Origin: Mayamaea pseudoterrestris
Lineage: Eukaryota
Reading direction: 5' to 3'
DNA: 64,000 bases
NCBI GenBank assembly: GCA_027923505.1
Contig: BROI01000004.1
Coordinates: 682,001 to 746,000, forward strand
Below are positions 59,143 to 64,000 of this stretch, piece after piece. A program made the translations under genes and the position numbers. The number at the start of each line of letters is the position of its first letter. The stretch's first letter is position 1. The notes beneath the pieces are model-generated. The model worked only from the letters and a program-made list of their open reading frames with translations, made no database searches and was not told where the DNA came from.

Positions 59143-59949
59143 ATGTCGCTCCTTCCTTTGCTTGCTCCACGCCGTCCTCTCGACAGCGTCTCCTCGGATG
59201 AAGACTCTGCCGAGATTGTCTCATCACTTGGCATGTTTGTCTCGAATTTGGAGCGCGAAGCTTGCCTCACCGAAAAGCTTGGCATTGACCTTGCGCGTCG
59301 CCTGTTCAGCATCGTATCGGAACTGCAGGTCCTTGACTCAATTCAGCATGCGCGCAAGGCCTACAAAGCATCTACAATCATTGACATTATGCTTGATCAT
59401 CCCAAGAACGAGCCTGTTCAAGAAATGGCGCTCAAGGCGTTGGCGACTTTGTTGGATGAACAGTCAAGCCATGCAAATGTCATTGGATTCGTCAAGATGC
59501 AGCTTGCCGGCAAGAAGCAGACTTGCTACATGATTTTGGAGATCATGCTCAACTACCAAACGAGCGTTGCCATTCAGACGCATGGATTGGCCGTTCTCAT
59601 GGCGTATCCTTGCGTCACGCGAGACGCCGACGGGGAAGGCATTCACATTGAAACGGCCTTGACCCTTTTGACGGGAGTGGCTCAGCGCATCGTCATGGAA
59701 GCCATTTGGATTTCGACGCAGCAGCTTGGCTTGGAGAGCTTCATGGTCAAGCATGACGCGTGGAACTCCTTGCTTGGGCGATTCCACAACGTCATGGCCA
59801 TTTTGGTGGCCGAGCAGCAGCTCAATCAGAGTCGCGACAATGGCAATGACGAAGACAATGACAACGACGACGACGCCGCTTCTGCCGCTAGCATTGAATC
59901 GATTGTTCTTCTTAATATCGCCGAGGTTGATGCAGATGAAGAGTCGTAA
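59143..59949 (+). CDS. Hypothetical protein, helical/ARM-like
   Basis: 268-aa ATG ORF; 'IIDIMLDHP..VQEMALKAL' and 'ILEIMLNY..IQTHGLAVL' look like repeat units. Confidence 0.55.
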   Translation: MSLLPLLAPRRPLDSVSSDEDSAEIVSSLGMFVSNLEREACLTEKLGIDLARRLFSIVSELQVLDSIQHARKAYKASTIIDIMLDHPKNEPVQEMALKALATLLDEQSSHANVIGFVKMQLAGKKQTCYMILEIMLNYQTSVAIQTHGLAVLMAYPCVTRDADGEGIHIETALTLLTGVAQRIVMEAIWISTQQLGLESFMVKHDAWNSLLGRFHNVMAILVAEQQLNQSRDNGNDEDNDNDDDAASAASIESIVLLNIAEVDADEES

Positions 59950-60387
59950 TGCCTCCATTTCGCGTGTCGCGTGCCGCTGGGTATTGAGCCGACCTTCGAC
60001 TTTTTCGTTGCTGCTCTTGGCATTGCTGCAATTTGCAGCTTGCAGCGATGAAATTCCAACGCAAGTCTGATAGATTTTCACAGTAAATAGCTTGACTATT
60101 GCACCGCTTGTGCTGTATTTTATGTTCGTCTGTAGTTTACAACTGTACTGTATTGTACTACCGACTGCGGTAGTTGCCGCGACGGAGCAAGTTGGCGGGA
60201 AGCACCATGGGCTCATCGCAGCGTTACTCATGGTGTCACGGAGCGACGTCGACTCGCGCCAACAATTTCTTGGAACGATTCTGCCAATGTGAGAAAGGCA
60301 GTTGTGATCCCGTCGAATTATAGCCAGCTTCTTTAATCTAGTAGCTGTTGGAGGCTAGATCTATCAAAGTAAACTGACCAAACAGCA

Positions 60388-61346
60388 ATGAGGTGCGTTT
60401 TCAAGCGAGGCCACGTTGACATGACGTTCGATTGATGTTTTGACAACTTCTCGAGTGCTGTGATGGCACTAACAAACGCCTTGTTCCGACCATTTTTCAC
60501 AGTCCGCACGACGATCAGCAACATATTGATGAAGTAAAAGCCACTGACGAGTTAAATGGCCAGCTTCAAGCTACGTTGGCCATGTGTCGACATTGCTTTG
60601 ACGTTGTCATACAACGACTACACGAAGAACATGAAAGTCTGAATGTGGGACAGCCTCGAAACCTTCCTTATACGAAAAACAACGATCAAGACACTGCTGA
60701 TGCTCAACCCGACTTTGTTCAAGACTTGCAGGATCCAAACGTGACTTGTCCCTTGTTTGTCACGTGGGACAAGCGACGTTCCGCTCGCTCGCATCACTCG
60801 TTTGAACTTCGCGGCTGCCTCGGCAGTCTTTCGCCTCAACCACTCGTGCCCGCCATTGGCGAGTATGCCTTGGCGAGCGCCTTTCGCGACAAGCGGTTTC
60901 CGCCCATCCAAAAGCATGAAGTGGAACACTTGCGGGTGGCAGTGTCGCTACTAGTCAACTATGAGAGTTGCATGAATGTTTGGGACTGGATAGTTGGTAA
61001 ACATGGGATTGTTATTTCATGGCACGGACCGGATGATCGACGCTTTACAAGTACATATCTACCGGAGGTGGCTTCGGACCAAAAATGGGATCAAAAGACT
61101 GCTGTCGAGTCGTTGATTCGAAAGGCAGGTTGGTCCGGGGCTGTGACGGAGGCCTTGCTGATGACTATTCAGTGTACGCGATATCAGTCATCCAAATTGC
61201 GATTAACGTACGAGGAGTACATGGCGCATTGTCGGGCTGGTGATGATGTGGTAATGTTGGATGTGAATGCGGCCCAGGGCTACCAGCGCCATGCAGACGC
61301 CCGGGAAGCATCAGGAGGCAAGGTCGACCATTGTCGTATATCATAG
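60388..61346 (+). CDS. AMMECR1: AMMECR1 family protein; intron 60393-60502
   Basis: 'CPLFVTW', 'LRGCLG', 'SAFRDKRFPPI', 'VGKHGI', 'TYLPEVA', 'RYQSSK'. Confidence 0.93.
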
Positions 61347-61569
61347 ACGAGATGTTACCAATACATGGGTAAAAAAGTCATACGAGCTTTATATTATAAA
61401 GCAAGCGACTATCGCATGCCGTTCAGTCGAACGTGTTAAACCTGTTGTTTATGCTATTCTTAGCGAAATGTCACGTAATTTGACGCCGCTGCCCGTTTAT
61501 AAGTAAAGTTAATGACCATGGCTTCATGTAGCCACTTTTGATATGCAGATTGTGATGCTCTTCAATCGA

Positions 61570-63420
61570 TTAGTCATTCTTCATGCTCGGTGCCAAGGGA
61601 TCGGGTAGTGATTGCGCCAGTACTCGACATTGATCCGCAAACTCCTCTTCCGCAACATCCTTGTCCTCAGACTCGCCGCATAGCAGTTCATACGCAACTT
61701 CCACCATACTAAAATCACCTTTTTTGGAGCAGCTAATGATATCAGTCAGCAGCACTCGCTTCTGCTTTGGTGAAATGGCACCCTGTTCAGACAATTTTCG
61801 CAGCGCCGCAATGCAGGCTTGTCGCAAGGCATCCTTGGGAGCCCCCGTCACCATATTGTTACTAACGTCTTCCTTTTTGCTCTTGGTTTTCATGCTTTTG
61901 CTCTTGTTCCATCGCTTCAGCGACACTCGCTCCTCCGGTTCAATGTCAACGACTTCATACTCGTCGTCGTCGCCATCCTCATCGTCACTGTCATCGTCGC
62001 CGTCCAGCAAATGAAGCTCGTCATGGACATCGTCGTCGTCGTCATCATCCGTTTCACTTGTAATGCGAATAATGTTGCGAAGACTCTTATTGTTGCCGTC
62101 GCCTTCATCCTCCTCATCGTCGTCATCATCATCGTCATCCTCACCACTGCCTCCCAAGAAACCACCAAGGCTTCCATTCAGCAAGTCACTCAAACTTCCC
62201 ATGGCAACAATGCGTTTCGCAGGCTTTTTTCCAGCTCCGCTCGAGTTGAGCAGCGGTCCAACATTGAGACTACCAAGAATGCCATTCATAATATTGGCAT
62301 CAGCTGTTTCCAAATCCTGCTTGCTGTCTTGACTGTTGCGTCTCGACGACTTGCCGCCGCCACTAACATGACTGTTCATATGCCGCAGTCCCGTCTTACT
62401 CGCCTTGCTGTCGCAATGCCACGACGCGTGGTGATGGTGAAGCAACCACTTGCCATTGACCTTGCGAAAAATGTTGGTCGCCAGCAGCTTGTTGACCAGT
62501 TCCGTCTGCCGTTTCTGGCCCTGCACAAAACGTCGCGTGTAAACGTGCTCCTCGCACGTGAGAATGGCCGTCGTGGCGCCCTTGACGGCCAGTCGCATCT
62601 GGTGCGGCTCAATCATGGTGCGTTGATTGGTGGGATTAATAAACAGTGTTTGCCAGCTTGACAGTATTGCTTTCGTGCCAATCAATGCGCGACAGGCGGG
62701 ATGAATGCATGTGGCGGTGCCATCCTTGGTCCATAGTGTGGCCATGTGTGAGTAGTCTTGGTTCGAAAAGGCCTTGTAGAATTGCGCATTGACATACAAC
62801 ACTGATCCGCAGTCGTCAATGTGCAACTGCGAAATTTCCTTTTGGAGTTTGGCCGCCGCGTCAAAGTCGCGCTGCTTGGCGGCCAAGTACAAGTCTTGCT
62901 CGAGCTGCGACTCGTGCTGCTCCAATGAATCGTCGACGCTCGACTGCGGTTGCGGCGGTGCAATCAAAATTACCTTTTTCAGTTCCTGCTCCAAGTCCAC
63001 CGGAGCATCGGGACTGGCGAGAATTCGATCCATGTCGGCTTGGGCCTGCTGGAGACGCATCTTTTTGTGCAAGTCGTGCACCTTTTTGCTGTTCGTTTCA
63101 TTGTTTGCGTTAATTGTCGTTGATGCTTCTGTCACGTTCGTTTGGCTTGTCGGTTGGAGGCGCTGTTGTTCTTTCGGCGCCAAAGAGTGCTCGTCGTTGC
63201 TGAATTCATGATCGGAGGAAGACGACGATGCGTACAAAGAGACTGTCCATGCATTAGTTCGTTCTAATGGCGAGTATTGACTGTGTCGAGCCGAACAAAA
63301 CGTTCTTTCATTATGTTGTTGCTGATGCGTCGTGGTCAAGAAAGTCCATGCTGACGTTGTTTGCGCCAGAAACCCAAGCGATGAGCTCAGTAGTAATAGT
63401 TGTAAAGATCGCGTTATCAT
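61570..63420 (-). CDS. Probably plastid-targeted UVR + SnoaL/NTF2-like domain protein
   Basis: Signal peptide 'TSAWTF'; UVR 'AAKQRDFDAAAKLQKEI'; SnoaL 'NAQFYKAF..CIHP..ATNIF..W.LHHHHAS'; acidic tract. Confidence 0.8.
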   Translation of the reverse strand: MITRSLQLLLLSSSLGFLAQTTSAWTFLTTTHQQQHNERTFCSARHSQYSPLERTNAWTVSLYASSSSSDHEFSNDEHSLAPKEQQRLQPTSQTNVTEASTTINANNETNSKKVHDLHKKMRLQQAQADMDRILASPDAPVDLEQELKKVILIAPPQPQSSVDDSLEQHESQLEQDLYLAAKQRDFDAAAKLQKEISQLHIDDCGSVLYVNAQFYKAFSNQDYSHMATLWTKDGTATCIHPACRALIGTKAILSSWQTLFINPTNQRTMIEPHQMRLAVKGATTAILTCEEHVYTRRFVQGQKRQTELVNKLLATNIFRKVNGKWLLHHHHASWHCDSKASKTGLRHMNSHVSGGGKSSRRNSQDSKQDLETADANIMNGILGSLNVGPLLNSSGAGKKPAKRIVAMGSLSDLLNGSLGGFLGGSGEDDDDDDDDEEDEGDGNNKSLRNIIRITSETDDDDDDDVHDELHLLDGDDDSDDEDGDDDEYEVVDIEPEERVSLKRWNKSKSMKTKSKKEDVSNNMVTGAPKDALRQACIAALRKLSEQGAISPKQKRVLLTDIISCSKKGDFSMVEVAYELLCGESEDKDVAEEEFADQCRVLAQSLPDPLAPSMKND

Positions 63421-64000
63421 TCTATTCTATTGTTGTATCGTTGTCTGTAAACTGTATGGTTGTTGCTTGGAGGAAGAAGAAGGAGCGTGATGGTGGCAGA
63501 TCGTTCGAACAAGCGTTTCGGTTGATGGAGCAGCTGCAACCGTGCGTCAGTCAACCGCGACCCAGAAGCGTGACTGAAAAGACACAAATGTAGCTCACTC
63601 GTTTGATGATAAAGTCAAGAACACCGCAGCGAACAACACATCATGCTGCTACTACATTTGCCGCTCCTCCATCAAGTTTTAGAGTTGAAATTTGCGAAGT
63701 ATCGTGTTACATCCGTAGCAGAGTGTAAGCTTGTAGAGTACGTGATTACAAGGAACAACACTCGGCAATGCTCGCTCGTTACTACTTGCGCGCGGGAATG
63801 GAAAGACGTTGCAAATAGCAGCGTGATGTATGTGGACTCCTTTCCGCAGTCTCCCATCGAACAAGCTACCGCAACGACCGAACAAGCCTCCGCGTAGAGC
63901 CAAATTCGACCGATCCCACGTTACGATCAGAGGCAGTACAGTACTAAGCAACATCGTTTCGGTTAGCTCGAAGCTGCGCGTTATAACACTCACCATGAGC

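Noticed and set aside
63643..63996. Short ORFs at the window end
   Set aside because: No recognisable motifs; cannot be judged without flanking sequence.

Overview
Eukaryotic, gene-dense nuclear DNA, most likely from a diatom (pennate-like). This is inferred from short GT-AG introns of about 65-290 bp, bipartite plastid-targeting presequences (signal peptide plus 'xxAF/AW' motif) and diatom-type hypothetical families. About 28 host genes are recognisable, including an actin-related protein, DCP1, retinoblastoma-related, a tandem dPGM, DPH4, PRP18, YIP1, TruA, a CLC channel, SEM1/DSS1, RAD51, ilvD, an SHPRH-like helicase, PRA1 and AMMECR1. The main accessory feature is at about 49.05-57.76 kb: a degenerate tyrosine-recombinase retroelement (Ngaro/DIRS-like, with CCCH gag, RT-RNase H and a truncated YR on the minus strand). 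It sits between two diverged direct copies of a 1.2/1.7 kb segment that carries a small host-like gene. Other notable signals are a perfect 20-bp exon-intron complementarity enclosing a splice donor, a bHLH-F-box fusion, a DHFR-type E2F site upstream of RAD51, and a Ser-Gly/N-sequon repeat protein head-to-head with a sulfotransferase-like gene. All calls are by eye from motifs; no database search was run.
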